In this document: one piece after another, positions 53,562-64,000 of the stretch
Layout of the letters: each line of letters opens with the position of its first letter
How positions within the stretch are numbered: the stretch's first letter is position 1
Source of the DNA: Microcoleus sp.
GTDB taxonomy: Bacteria; Cyanobacteriota; Cyanobacteriia; Cyanobacteriales; Microcoleaceae
DNA length: 64,000 nucleotides
Reading direction: 5' to 3'
NCBI GenBank assembly: GCA_042408215.1
Contig: JAYFMW010000006.1
Location: 544,001-608,000, forward strand
Position numbers and translations under genes: made by a program
Notes under the pieces: model-generated
What the model was told of the DNA's origin: nothing
The model's input: only the letters and a program-made list of their open reading frames with translations
Database searches by the model: none

Positions 53562-55106
53562 TTAATGCAAAAAGTGGCGGATGTCGGTGAAAACCATTGT
53601 GATTCCGAGTTGGTTAGCGCAGTCGATCGAATCTCGATCGCGCATACTACCTCCCGGTTGGACGATCGCACTTATTCCCGCTTCCGCCGCCGTTTTTACC
53701 GAATCATCAAAGGGGAAGAAACCATCGCTAGCTAAAATCGCTCCTTTGGCTTGATCGCCCGCTTGTTCTAATGCTAGTTTAACCGATCCGACACGATTCA
53801 TTTGTCCAGCACCGACACCGATTGTAGTGCAATTTCGCGTCACCACGATCGCATTTGATTTAACGTGTTTCGCTACTTTCCAAGCAAACAGCAATTCTGC
53901 TAACTCTGATGCTGTCGGCTGTTTCTCAGTAACTACGCGCCATTTACTGGTATCTTCTACTACATTATCTGAGTCTTGCACCAGCAAACCACCTGCGATT
54001 ATTTTAACAGTTTGCGACGGGCCTTGAGTCAAGTCTGGCAAAATTAAGACTCGCACTTTTGCCTTCTTTTTGATAATTTCTTCAGCTTCTGGTTCGCATC
54101 CAGGAGCGACAATACATTCTAAAAATGTCTTAGTTAATGCAGTTGCAGTAGCTGCATCAATCGGGCGATTTAGCGCAACAATGCCGCCAAAAGCTGATAC
54201 TGAATCCGTGTCAAATGCTTTTTGATACGCTTCGGAAATAGTTGTTCCCAAGGCGGTGCCGCAGGGATTTGTGTGTTTGAGAATAGCGGCGGCGGGACTG
54301 TCTGGAAATTCGACAATCAGCCTCCTTGCTGCTTCTAAATCTACTAGGTTATTGTAGCTTAATTCTTTGCCTTGCAGGATGGTGCTATTCGTCCAGCCTG
54401 TGGGTGTAATTCCGCTTTGATACCAGCTTGCGGCTTGGTGGGGATTTTCGCCGTAGCGCAGAGTTTGCAGCTCTTTTCCTGATAGGTTAAACTCGGTTAT
54501 TTGGGATGATTTTTGAGTGGATTGAGCGCTGAGATAAGTGGCGATCGCACTGTCGTAGTTTGCCGTGTGCTGAAAGGTTTCTAGCGCGCAATTTTGCCGA
54601 AATTCTAATGAGGATTCGCCTCCGTTTTGTCGCAGTTCTTCTAAATAAATATTGTACTGCTCTGGATTGCACAAAACTGTTAAGTGTGCATGATTTTTTG
54701 CTGATGCTCTCAGCATTGCCGGTCCGCCGATATCTATTTGCTCAATGGCGTCTGCTAGGGTTACTCCCGGTTTGGCAATTGTCTGTTCAAAGGGATACAG
54801 ATTGACAACGACTAAATCAATAGGGCGAATTTGGTTGTTTGTTAAATCTGTGATATCCTGTGGTATATCCCGACGTGCTAAAATACCGCCGTGGATGCGG
54901 GGATGCAGTGTTTTGACTCGCCCGCCCAAAATTTCGGGAGAACCAGTATAGTCTGCCACTTTGGTGACAGGGATTCCAGCTTGTTTCAGGGCCGCTGCTG
55001 TGCCGCCGCTGCTAATGATGTCAAATTCAAATTCTTCTACTAGACTCCGTGCTAAGTCAATTAGCCCGGTTTTGTTGGATACGCTCAGAAGTGCTAGACG
55101 TGCCAT
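53562..55106 (-). CDS. purH: bifunctional AICAR transformylase/IMP cyclohydrolase
   Basis: ALLSVSNK, GGRVKTLHP, LRYGENPHQ and RHFLH motifs. Confidence 0.97.
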   Translation of the reverse strand: MARLALLSVSNKTGLIDLARSLVEEFEFDIISSGGTAAALKQAGIPVTKVADYTGSPEILGGRVKTLHPRIHGGILARRDIPQDITDLTNNQIRPIDLVVVNLYPFEQTIAKPGVTLADAIEQIDIGGPAMLRASAKNHAHLTVLCNPEQYNIYLEELRQNGGESSLEFRQNCALETFQHTANYDSAIATYLSAQSTQKSSQITEFNLSGKELQTLRYGENPHQAASWYQSGITPTGWTNSTILQGKELSYNNLVDLEAARRLIVEFPDSPAAAILKHTNPCGTALGTTISEAYQKAFDTDSVSAFGGIVALNRPIDAATATALTKTFLECIVAPGCEPEAEEIIKKKAKVRVLILPDLTQGPSQTVKIIAGGLLVQDSDNVVEDTSKWRVVTEKQPTASELAELLFAWKVAKHVKSNAIVVTRNCTTIGVGAGQMNRVGSVKLALEQAGDQAKGAILASDGFFPFDDSVKTAAEAGISAIVQPGGSMRDRDSIDCANQLGITMVFTDIRHFLH

Positions 55107-55502
55107 TGGTTTGAAGTTGCGATCGCAAAAATAGACAGGTTATATTCTAGATCAAATTTGGCGGCATCGGCATGATTTAGTAATTGCTAATTGGTGATTA
55201 TTCTTGATTCTTACATCATAAAGATGAGTTTGTTTATCTGCCAGGGCACTTATCTTTACAAAATCTTCATAAAAATATACTAATTTATGTCGATCTGTTT
55301 TTTGAAGAGTGTTGAAAATATTTGGTGATCTGTGATACATCATCAAAGGGCGATCGTGCTTTATTATTAATAATAATTTATGATTGTTGGTCGCAGTAGT
55401 GTGCTAGGATTTCTTGTAAATTGGTCTATTCCTGAATAGGCTTGAGAATTGAGCGATCGCAACAGCTTAAGTTAATTAAGATTTTTCTTGTAGGGCTTAA
55501 AT

Positions 55503-57419
55503 ATGTTTGATCAAAATACAGACCCAGAAAGTAAGATCGGTAATCTTAGCAGTTTCCCGAACAACACAGCTCAAAATAGTGGCGATCGAGCCAACTATCA
55601 ACAGTCACCAAAAAGTTTAGCACAGAATTCGGCAGACGGTCACATCTCAGAAGCTTATAGTATTAATCTGTGTGAATTGCAGCAGATGGAAATAGCAATG
55701 GAACAGCTAAAGGAGGATTTAAAAGCTAGCGAATCTCGATTTCGTAATGTAATCAGAAAAAATGCAGACGGCATCGCAATCGTCAACAAAAAAGGACTTG
55801 TTTGTTTTGTTAATCCCTCAGCAGAAGCACTGTTTAATTGCAAGGAAGAGGAACTTTTAGGTCAAGCGTTTTTTGGCAATTTAGTAGTAGAAGGTTCCGC
55901 CTGCGACATAGACATGGAAACCGATATTATTCCCCTAGTTGGAGAAACAGACGCAGCCGGAATTCGCGTCGTGCAAACAGAAGTTGAAGCTATTCGCAAG
56001 CAGAAAGAAAATGCTGTGGTAGATATGCGGGTGGTGGAAACGGAATGGGAAGGAGAAATAGCTTATCTAGCTTCGCTGCGAGACATTACCGATCGCAAAC
56101 GCACAGAAGAAATGCTGTGGCTGTACAATCGGGCTATGGCAGCTACTAGCACCGGAATTGCGATCTCCGACGCCACTAAACCCGGATATCCAATTATTTA
56201 TTGCAATCCAGGATTTGAAAGCATGACGGGCTATCAGCGGGAAGAAATTATCGGAAAAAACTGCCGTTTTTTGCAGGGGAATGATACCGATCCGGCGGCG
56301 GTAGAAACCATTCGTCAAGCCTTGCAAAACGCCAGCGAATGTCAGGTAATATTGAAGAATTATCGGCTGGATGGAACGGCTTTTTGGAATGCTTTGTCTA
56401 TATCTCCATTGCGCGATAGCAAGGGAAAATTAACTCATTTCGTCGGCGTACAAAGGGACATAACCGAAGGCAAAGAATCTGAGGAAGCGTTGCAAAAGTC
56501 CGAAGCACAAAGTAGAGAAAAAACCACTCAATTAGAAGCAGCACTTAAGGAAGTTAAAGACACTCATTCCCAATTGGTTCAAAGCGAAAAAATGTCCAGT
56601 CTGGGATTGCTAATTGCCGGAGTCGCTCACGAAATTAACAACCCCGTCAGCTTCATTTACGGTAATCTCGATCATCTCAAAAACTATACTCAAGACTTGT
56701 TGCATATGGTGGCACTTTACGAACAGCACTATCCCGATCCCGTAGCGGAAATTCAAGAGGAAAAAGAAACCATCGAACTCGATTTTATAGCTAAAGACTT
56801 ACCTCAAATACTATCTTCAATGAATGTGGGAGTTGAGCGGATTTCCCAGATTGTCAAATCCCTGCGAAACTTCTCGCGGCACGACAATTCCGAAAAGAAA
56901 CCCGTTCACCTTCACGAAGGTATTGATAGCACGCTATTAATTCTCAATCACCGCTTGAAAGGAAACGGCGAAACCCTTCCTATTCAAATTGTGAAAGACT
57001 ACGGCAATTTGCCACCTGTTGAGTGTTTTCCCGGACCGATAAATCAAGTATTTATGAATATTCTCAGCAATGCGATCGATGCTTTGAATGATTGGAATCA
57101 ACAGCGAGGGTTGCCAGAAATGCGATCCAATCCCAGCCAGATTAAGATTAGCACAAAAGTGGACGATAGCAATTTCGCAGAAATCAAAATTGCCGACAGC
57201 GGGCCCGGAATGAGTTCAGCAGTCAAGCAGCACATATTTGATCCTTTTTTTACCACCAAACCCATTGGTAAAGGCACAGGAATGGGTTTGTCAATTAGCT
57301 ATCAAATAGTTGTAGAAAAACACAAAGGCGTATTAGATTGTATTTCGGAAATCGGCCAGGGCACAGAGTTTATTATCAGAATTCCGATCGAAAGTCCAGG
57401 ACACAAGTGTCACAATTAG
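55503..57419 (+). CDS. PAS/LOV sensor histidine kinase
   Basis: GKNCRFLQG LOV motif; AHEINNP H-box; NAID, DSGPG and GKGTGMG boxes. Confidence 0.93.
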   Translation: MFDQNTDPESKIGNLSSFPNNTAQNSGDRANYQQSPKSLAQNSADGHISEAYSINLCELQQMEIAMEQLKEDLKASESRFRNVIRKNADGIAIVNKKGLVCFVNPSAEALFNCKEEELLGQAFFGNLVVEGSACDIDMETDIIPLVGETDAAGIRVVQTEVEAIRKQKENAVVDMRVVETEWEGEIAYLASLRDITDRKRTEEMLWLYNRAMAATSTGIAISDATKPGYPIIYCNPGFESMTGYQREEIIGKNCRFLQGNDTDPAAVETIRQALQNASECQVILKNYRLDGTAFWNALSISPLRDSKGKLTHFVGVQRDITEGKESEEALQKSEAQSREKTTQLEAALKEVKDTHSQLVQSEKMSSLGLLIAGVAHEINNPVSFIYGNLDHLKNYTQDLLHMVALYEQHYPDPVAEIQEEKETIELDFIAKDLPQILSSMNVGVERISQIVKSLRNFSRHDNSEKKPVHLHEGIDSTLLILNHRLKGNGETLPIQIVKDYGNLPPVECFPGPINQVFMNILSNAIDALNDWNQQRGLPEMRSNPSQIKISTKVDDSNFAEIKIADSGPGMSSAVKQHIFDPFFTTKPIGKGTGMGLSISYQIVVEKHKGVLDCISEIGQGTEFIIRIPIESPGHKCHN

Positions 57420-57607
57420 TAAGGTGCGTCAGATATCTAAACCCTCGATAATCGCCCTATAATATTAATTCCGGTTGCATCGGAATAATATATTTGGCTC
57501 CTGTCAGTGCGAGCGGATTTGATATAACTTAGTCTGACGCACCCTACAAGTTGATGGTCATGTGCCAGTTGCATCTAGGACTATACAAACAGTAGGAATA
57601 ACAACTT

Positions 57608-57862
57608 TAGGACTTATACCAGTTTTTTATGAGGCTGCATAGAATCTGATCCCCCCTAACCCCCCTTAATAAGGGGGGAACAAGATTCTGCTCAAAGTCA
57701 ACCCCTACTCACACCCTACTCCCTTATTAAGGGGGATTTAGGGGGATCGAGATATATGCAACGACCCATTAAATTGGTATTACGCATTTTAATGTTTTTG
57801 CAAGGGCTTGAGATTCTTCGCTTCTCTCAGAATGACATAATTACGTTGTTGCGTAAGTCCTA
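57608..57862. mobile_element. nested MITEs: outer TAGGACTTACGCA-type element interrupted by a TACCA...TGGTA MITE (57617-57779)
   Basis: TTA duplicated inside the outer left TIR; intact right TIR TGCGTAAGTCCTA. Confidence 0.8.
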
Positions 57863-57865
57863 AAC

Positions 57866-59342
57866 TTAAAACACCTCAGCACCCTCCAACTTCTTCACAA
57901 TTTCCACCTTAGCCCTCGCCGCTTCCCCGCAACTGCGAGGAGTGGGAAACATCTTCCCAGGATTCGCCAAACCCTTCGGATTAAACACCTCGACGGACCC
58001 ACTGCATCGTCTCCAAATCTACCTCAGAAAACATATCCGGCATAAAACACTTCTTATCAGCACCGATGCCGTGTTCTCCAGAAAGACTTCCCCCAACTTT
58101 CACGCAAAGTTTAAGAATTTCGCCGCCCAATTCCTCCACCTTTTCCAGCGCCCCTTCTACCGAATTATCGTAAAGAATTAGCGGGTGCAAATTTCCATCT
58201 CCCGCATGAAATACATTGGCAATTCGATAGCCATATTTCTCGCTCAAGCCCTCAATTTCTTTAAGAACAAATGCCATTTGTGTACGGGGAATTACACCAT
58301 CTTGTACATAATAATCTGGACTCAAATGACCAGCCGCCGCAAAAGCAGCTTTTCGCCCTTTCCAAATTTTTAGCCGCGTTTCTAAATCATGAGCCGTCGT
58401 GATATTCCGCGAGCCATTCTGCTTGCAAATTTCTGAAATTCGCTGTTTATTAGTCGCAACTTCTACCTCTAAACCGTCGATTTCTATGAGCAGTATTGCC
58501 GCTGCATCGCGGGGATAGCAGCCTGTAGCGACAACATCTTCTACAGCATTGATACTGATGTTGTCCATGATTTCCATGCCACCGGGAATAATGCCAGCAC
58601 GGATAATATCTGAAACCGCTTCGCCCGCCGCTTCAATACTGGTAAAATCAGCTAGAAGAACGCAAATAGATTCCGGCGCTTTGAGAATTCTCAAAGTAAC
58701 TTCTGTCGCTATGCCTAAAGTGCCTTCGGAACCGACAAATACACCAGTTAAATCGTAACCTGGCATTTCGGGAATTGCGCCGCCCACATCGACAATTGAA
58801 CCGTCTGGCAGTACCAATTTTAATCCTAAAACGTGATTGGTTGTTACTCCGTATTTGAGGCAATGAACCCCGCCGGAATTTTCGGCAACGTTGCCACCAA
58901 TCGAGCAAATAATTTGACTAGAAGGGTCAGGCGCATAGTAGAAACCGGCACCGCTAACTGCTTGAGTTACCCAGTTATTAATTACTCCTGGTTGCACGAC
59001 TACTTGCTGATTTTCTAAGTCTACTTTCAGGATTTTTCGCATCAGCGCCGTGACAATCAACACGCAGTTTTCGACGGGTAGCGCGCCGCCTGAAAGACCA
59101 GTACCGGCACCTCTGGCTACCCAGGGAATGCCATCGCGATCGCATATTTTGACCACTTTTGCCACTTCCTCCGTAGTTCGCGGCAATACCACCAAGGCAG
59201 GCCGCTGGCGGTAGCTGGTGAGTCCGTCGCACTCGTAGACTAGCAATTCTTCGCGGCGCTTTACGACGCCGTTTTTGCCGACTACAGCCTCAAATTCTTT
59301 AATAACGGGCTGCCAATTGCGTTCTGTTTCTATGGCTATCAT
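57866..59342 (-). CDS. glcD: glycolate oxidase subunit GlcD; apparent +1 frameshift near 57993
   Basis: ARGAGTGLSGG, YAPDPSS, FHAGDGNLHP and SGEHGIG motifs; conserved tail FNPKGLANPGKMFP lies in the next frame. Confidence 0.92.
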
Positions 59343-59503
59343 TAGTAGTGATTTTAATTAAGGAACTCTAAATAATATTGTGACAAACTTGAGGACTTTT
59401 GTGCAACTAAGTAAAAAATAATACCCAGATACCCTAATTCTTAAAGAAGTCGGGTATCTAACAGCGATCGCATTTTACGCGATCGTAAAAAATTAGACCT
59501 AGG

Positions 59504-59896
59504 CTAACTTCCTCCCGCCGCCCCGACCGCTTGACCTCTGAGCACAAAAATTACTCCCGTCATGATTAACCCCACGCCTACCAATCGCAGTGGTGGTAAA
59601 GGCTCGTTAAATACAATTTTGCCGCCCAAAACAGTAAACAGGTAACTGATTGACAATAAAGGCGAGACTATGCTAATGTTGGCGCGCGACAGAACTACTA
59701 TAAAGCCGATCGAAGAAATTGCGTACAGAGAAAGACCGGCTATGATCAAAGGCTGAGTTGCCATTGCTGTAATTTTTTCAACTAAATTAGCAGCGCCAAT
59801 CGGCCCTAAAATTTTAGCTCCAGCCTTCAGACTAAATTGACCTACTACGCCGCACAAAATAGCAGCAAGCAAAAGTAGAAAAATACCTCGACTCAT
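59504..59896 (-). CDS. small DMT/EamA-family transporter (ArnE/F-like)
   Basis: four transmembrane helices; GQFSLK, SPLLSISY and FNEP motifs. Confidence 0.75.
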   Translation of the reverse strand: MSRGIFLLLLAAILCGVVGQFSLKAGAKILGPIGAANLVEKITAMATQPLIIAGLSLYAISSIGFIVVLSRANISIVSPLLSISYLFTVLGGKIVFNEPLPPLRLVGVGLIMTGVIFVLRGQAVGAAGGS

Positions 59897-60053
59897 CAGT
59901 TCACCTACCTAATAATACAGCGCGAGAATTGCCGACATAAAAACTACTATTAACAGCTTTGATTAAGTCTTATTGACTTTTATTAGCCACTCAGATTTTA
60001 ATTATAGATGCTGGAAAAGCAAGTATTGTCGCGAAAAAGTGTCAAACAAAACT

Positions 60054-61232
60054 ATGGCAGAGCAGACAAACACAACCGGAGAATACACTCTCGAATTATC
60101 AATACTAATGCCATGCCTCAACGAGGCAGAAACATTAGAAGTCTGCATAGAAAAAGCACAGAAGTCACTACGCGAACTTAATATTGCCGGCGAAGTTATC
60201 ATAGCAGACAACGGCAGCACTGACGGTTCTCAAGATATCGCTACGAGAATGGGAGCCAGAGTCGTGCCGGTAGCAGCCAAAGGCTACGGTAGCGCCCTGA
60301 TGGGTGGCATCATCGCGGCGCGCGGAGTCTATATTATTATGGGCGATGCCGACGACAGCTACAACTTTTCCCACCTCGGCGCTTTTGTCGAAAAATTGCG
60401 GGGAGGCTACGATTTAGTCATGGGAAATCGCTTTCAAGGTGGCATCAAACCGGGTGCAATGCCGCCGCTGCACAAATACTTAGGAAATCCAGTGCTGACT
60501 TGGGTTGGGAGGCTATTTTTTGCAAGTCCCGCCGGCGATTTTCACTGCGGGCTGCGGGGTTTCAGAAGAGACTCAATTTTGACACTGGACTTGCAAACAA
60601 CGGGGATGGAATTTGCTAGCGAAATGGTAGTCAAAGCTTCTCTGTACAAGTTGCGAATTGCTGAAGTCCCCACCGTACTTTTTCCCGATGGCCGCAGTCG
60701 CCCGCCACACCTGCGAACTTGGCGAGATGGCTGGCGACACTTGCGATTTTTGCTGCTTTATAGTCCCCGGTGGCTGTTTTTGTATCCGGGTGCTGCGCTG
60801 ATGATTTTGGGTTTAATTGTCGTTATTTGGCTGTTGCCTAGCAGCAGAACTGTAGGAAGTATAACCTTTGATGTGCACACGCTGCTCTATGGTGCGATCG
60901 CAATTATCATCGGTTTTCAAGCAGTAACATTCGCTTTCTTCACCAAAGTTTTCGCCATCAGCGAAAAACTACTGCCCGAAGACCCCAAACTCAATAAAAT
61001 ATTTCGCTATGTCACCCTAGAGACAGGATTAATTGTCGGAGTCGCGCTCATGTTAATCGGCATAGCTGGCTCGTTCTTATCATTGACTATTTGGAGCGAA
61101 ACTGCTTTCGGTTCCCTAAACCCTTCCAAAACTCTGCGTTTAGTTATTCCCTCGCTCACTTGCCTGACTGTCGGTTTGCAGATGGTTTTATCCAGCTTTT
61201 TCTTAAGCGTACTCGCTTTGAAACGGCGGTAA
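60054..61232 (+). CDS. GT2 polyprenol-phosphate glycosyltransferase
   Basis: MPCLNEAE, DNGSTDG, GDADDSY motifs; C-terminal transmembrane helices. Confidence 0.9.
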   Translation: MAEQTNTTGEYTLELSILMPCLNEAETLEVCIEKAQKSLRELNIAGEVIIADNGSTDGSQDIATRMGARVVPVAAKGYGSALMGGIIAARGVYIIMGDADDSYNFSHLGAFVEKLRGGYDLVMGNRFQGGIKPGAMPPLHKYLGNPVLTWVGRLFFASPAGDFHCGLRGFRRDSILTLDLQTTGMEFASEMVVKASLYKLRIAEVPTVLFPDGRSRPPHLRTWRDGWRHLRFLLLYSPRWLFLYPGAALMILGLIVVIWLLPSSRTVGSITFDVHTLLYGAIAIIIGFQAVTFAFFTKVFAISEKLLPEDPKLNKIFRYVTLETGLIVGVALMLIGIAGSFLSLTIWSETAFGSLNPSKTLRLVIPSLTCLTVGLQMVLSSFFLSVLALKRR

Positions 61233-61260
61233 CAAAAATCAAATCGGATCCATCGCCCTT

Positions 61261-61728
61261 TTACGGATAATTATTAGGATTATCGATCGCCAACCCGGCC
61301 GACTGAGCAATATTCAGCAGTCTGTTGTCCGCCGAAACAAAAACCAGTTGAGTATCTGGTATTAATGTTAAAAGAGATTGAACGCGCAAAGCAGACGCCA
61401 ATTGCACAGCATCATAAGCCCGCAGTGGACATTGAACAATCAGTTCACCCGCCCTTTCAATCAGTACCTCATCAACTTCAATAACTCTATACCGACTATT
61501 GAATTCAGAGCGAAACGTTTGAATAAGTGCAGCAACTTCCGCAGGAGTTATACCGCCTTCACGTTGTCTGCGTGCAAAAGCACTAAGAACTTCCACCCAG
61601 GTAATCCGCACCAGAAGCAGCGAGTTACCCGTCTGGGAATCCGTGAGCGTTTTGATCCAAGGGCTACCAATTTCAGCCACATATCTTTTGATGAGGGCGC
61701 TACTATCCAAAAAATAAATGTTTACCAC
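61261..61728 (-). CDS. VapC PIN-domain toxin
   Basis: YFLDSSALIKRY, LRAYDAVQLA and VSAD motifs. Confidence 0.9.
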   Translation of the reverse strand: MVNIYFLDSSALIKRYVAEIGSPWIKTLTDSQTGNSLLLVRITWVEVLSAFARRQREGGITPAEVAALIQTFRSEFNSRYRVIEVDEVLIERAGELIVQCPLRAYDAVQLASALRVQSLLTLIPDTQLVFVSADNRLLNIAQSAGLAIDNPNNYP

Positions 61729-62018
61729 GGGCCGCGATCCTCGATAATAATTTCTGATAAAGGCTTGCCCGGTTTTGCCCCTAACCTTTTAGCCAATTCA
61801 TACACATCTTCATCGGTGACAGCCTCGACGTTATGGGGAGCGTTAGGTAGTGGAGTCACCAATCCTCGGTCAACTAAAAACTGGATTGCCAATTCTGCTT
61901 GCTTTTTCGGAGCATCTGGCCAGAGTTGAATCTGCACAGTTTCCCCATCTTTGAAAGACACAGAGTTCAGGGGACGAAAAACCCCATTTTCGTACACAGC
62001 AGTAATAGTTTCTGGCAT
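61722..62018 (-). CDS. antitoxin (DUF104/AF2212-like)
   Basis: ITAVYENGVFRPL and LSEIIIEDRG motifs; overlaps vapC. Confidence 0.85.
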   Translation of the reverse strand: MPETITAVYENGVFRPLNSVSFKDGETVQIQLWPDAPKKQAELAIQFLVDRGLVTPLPNAPHNVEAVTDEDVYELAKRLGAKPGKPLSEIIIEDRGPW

Positions 62019-62064
62019 AATTAGCCTCTTAATTAAATGCTTTGACTTATTGTACTTCTTTTAA

Positions 62065-62865
62065 TTACTTAGTTGCCACCACAGCCAAATTCCAAGCCAA
62101 CCGCTTCATCAAAGGCAACTGCTTCAAAAAACCATCCAACCCTTCCAAACGAGAGTATTCCGGTTCTAATCTCTCTTCTTCAAGAATAATCTTCTTCCAA
62201 TAACGCTCCTGATTCGGATGCACTTTTTCGATTAAATAAAAGCGCAAAAAAATCCAAAGCGCCGTCAGCCAAAACGTATCGTAAGCCGTTTGTGAAAACA
62301 GAGACTTGACAAATTGCACAATATTAATGTCTAAAGGAGTTTCATCCTCAGTCCGCACCTCAGTCGCCATCCGGCGATAAACATTAATTACAGGATTGTG
62401 CTTCATCGGGTCCCAAAAACAAGCTTTTCCCCCAGGCTTCAGCACGCGGTGCATTTCGCGAATAGCCTTTTCTGGTTCCGGTAAATGGTGCAGCAAATTA
62501 GAAGCATAAACAATATCAAAACTATTGTCGGGGAAATCTAGGGCCATTGCATTTACAGTGCAACCTTCGATTTTTACATTGTTTGTCTCTGCCAATTTCA
62601 GAGCAACTTCTACCATGCCAGGAGAATAGTCAGCAGCCACGCACAGCGCCCCTTTTTTAGCGAAATAAACGCTGTTTTCTCCCGCGCCGCAGCCTAAATC
62701 TAAGAGGCGTTTGCCAGTAATATCGCCCATTTGCTGGACGATAAATCTATTTTCTGGTGCTGTACAAGCTTCAAAGTAATCGTTGACTCGAATGCCGTCA
62801 ACGTCGATTGTGGATGCCCAAGCATCATGGAATTGTCGCTCTTTTTGTAAGGTTTCTTCTTGCAT
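62065..62865 (-). CDS. class I SAM-dependent methyltransferase
   Basis: LLDLGCGAG, FPDNSFD and RVLKPGG motifs. Confidence 0.9.
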   Translation of the reverse strand: MQEETLQKERQFHDAWASTIDVDGIRVNDYFEACTAPENRFIVQQMGDITGKRLLDLGCGAGENSVYFAKKGALCVAADYSPGMVEVALKLAETNNVKIEGCTVNAMALDFPDNSFDIVYASNLLHHLPEPEKAIREMHRVLKPGGKACFWDPMKHNPVINVYRRMATEVRTEDETPLDINIVQFVKSLFSQTAYDTFWLTALWIFLRFYLIEKVHPNQERYWKKIILEEERLEPEYSRLEGLDGFLKQLPLMKRLAWNLAVVATK

Positions 62866-63258
62866 ATTATTGAATATTAATTATTTGTGTACTTCATTGA
62901 CTGGGATTAGTTGTAACTTATTCGTATCTTCTGGCGAAGTTTTCTATAATCTCTAAAGCTAAGTATAAAATTCTAACTCCAATTTTGCCAGAGGTTCTAA
63001 TTCGGCTCGCGTCCACTTTATTGTACCAGATGCTGCCAATGGATTAATATTGTTTCTGGTTGCATCGGAATGATTTAACCGCAGAGAACACAGAGGACAC
63101 AGAGGAAGAGAATAGAGAGATGAATAATTTAGATGCTACCGGATTTTATCTAACTCGCTGTAAACAACATTTTCGCTGATATTCGGGTAATTTTATAGCA
63201 GTAGGGCGAGCAATGCCCGCCCTACAAATTAACTGAAAACTGGTAAAGAATTGGCAAT

Positions 63259-64000
63259 TTAAGACTGAGCGACTGTTACAACTTTGGATGTCTTACCAGC
63301 AGTAGATTCCTGCTGCAATACTCCGTAAAGGCGATTTAAAGCGCTGATGTAAGCTTCGGCGGAGGCTACAATAATGTCAGTATTGGCTGAGTGACCGGAA
63401 AATACTTGGCCGTTGTGACGCAAGCGAATTGTCACTTCGCCGATCGCATCTATTCCCGCTGTCACCGATTGTACAGAAAACTCGATCAACTCATTTGGGA
63501 CATTGACAACTCGGTTAATTGCTCTGTAAATTGCATCTACAGGCCCGGTGCCGATCGCCGCATCAGTCAATTCTTCCCCCGCAGGATTTCGCACGGTGAC
63601 GGTGGCTGTCGGACGTGATTTGTCGCCGCAAGAAACCTGCACCAATTCTAACCGGAAAAGTGCCGGAGCTTGGTGTACTTCGTCGTTGGCGATCGCCTCC
63701 AAATCCCAATCAGTAATCTCTTTTTTCTTGTCGGCTAAATCCTTAAACTTGACAAAAGCCTTATTTAGCTCATCGTCAGCCATTTCAAAACCCAACTCTT
63801 TCAAGCGAGTGTGAAAAGCATGGCGGCCCGACAATTTGCCCAAAACAATTTGATTTTCCGTCAAGCCGATCGACTCAGCGTCCATAATCTCGTATGTCAG
63901 CTTATTTTTCAGCACCCCGTCTTGGTGAATTCCCGACTCGTGAGCAAAAGCATTTGCTCCCACAATCGCCTTATTTGGCTGCACCAACATCCCCGTCAAA
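63259..64000 (-). CDS. leuA: 2-isopropylmalate synthase (5' end truncated by window)
   Basis: [29 protein letters not shown] and GTGPVDA motifs. Confidence 0.96.
   Translation of the reverse strand, partial: LTGMLVQPNKAIVGANAFAHESGIHQDGVLKNKLTYEIMDAESIGLTENQIVLGKLSGRHAFHTRLKELGFEMADDELNKAFVKFKDLADKKKEITDWDLEAIANDEVHQAPALFRLELVQVSCGDKSRPTATVTVRNPAGEELTDAAIGTGPVDAIYRAINRVVNVPNELIEFSVQSVTAGIDAIGEVTIRLRHNGQVFSGHSANTDIIVASAEAYISALNRLYGVLQQESTAGKTSKVVTVAQS

Noticed and set aside
61261..62018. VapBC pair as a novel system
   Set aside because: An ordinary DUF104-type antitoxin + PIN toxin module.

Overview
Chromosomal window of a filamentous cyanobacterium, probably Microcoleus/Oscillatoriales-like (inferred from abundant HIP1 GCGATCGC octamers, heptamer STRR-type tracts and psbA). 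Housekeeping genes include secG, gpmI, a cysteine desulfurase, thiL, a cyclophilin, efp, accB, cofG, an alpha-amylase, cpdA, purH, glcD and leuA. The main points of interest are: (1) a tightly packed three-gene cassette (winged-helix-like protein, P-loop ATPase, DUF1802/ASCH-like + PD-(D/E)XK nuclease) that looks like a candidate defence system; (2) four tandem psbA genes encoding an identical D1 (Glu130) with mosaic synonymous differences; (3) just downstream of that array, a stack of IS605/TnpB-derived pieces giving one TnpB and three co-oriented omega-RNA/right ends with different guides; (4) an IS607-type TnpB paired with a small divergent ORF instead of a recombinase, a coding-free IS605 derivative and a probable orphan IS110 bridge-RNA region; (5) a tRNA-Cys islet with an integrase relic, an LRR protein and a Panacea + atypical PemK/MazF pair; (6) multiply nested MITEs with clear target-site duplications; and (7) two LOV-domain sensors, one lacking the conserved Gln. 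About nine apparent frameshifts are all +1 insertions, so they are probably sequencing errors. All family calls come from motif recognition only; no database searches were run.
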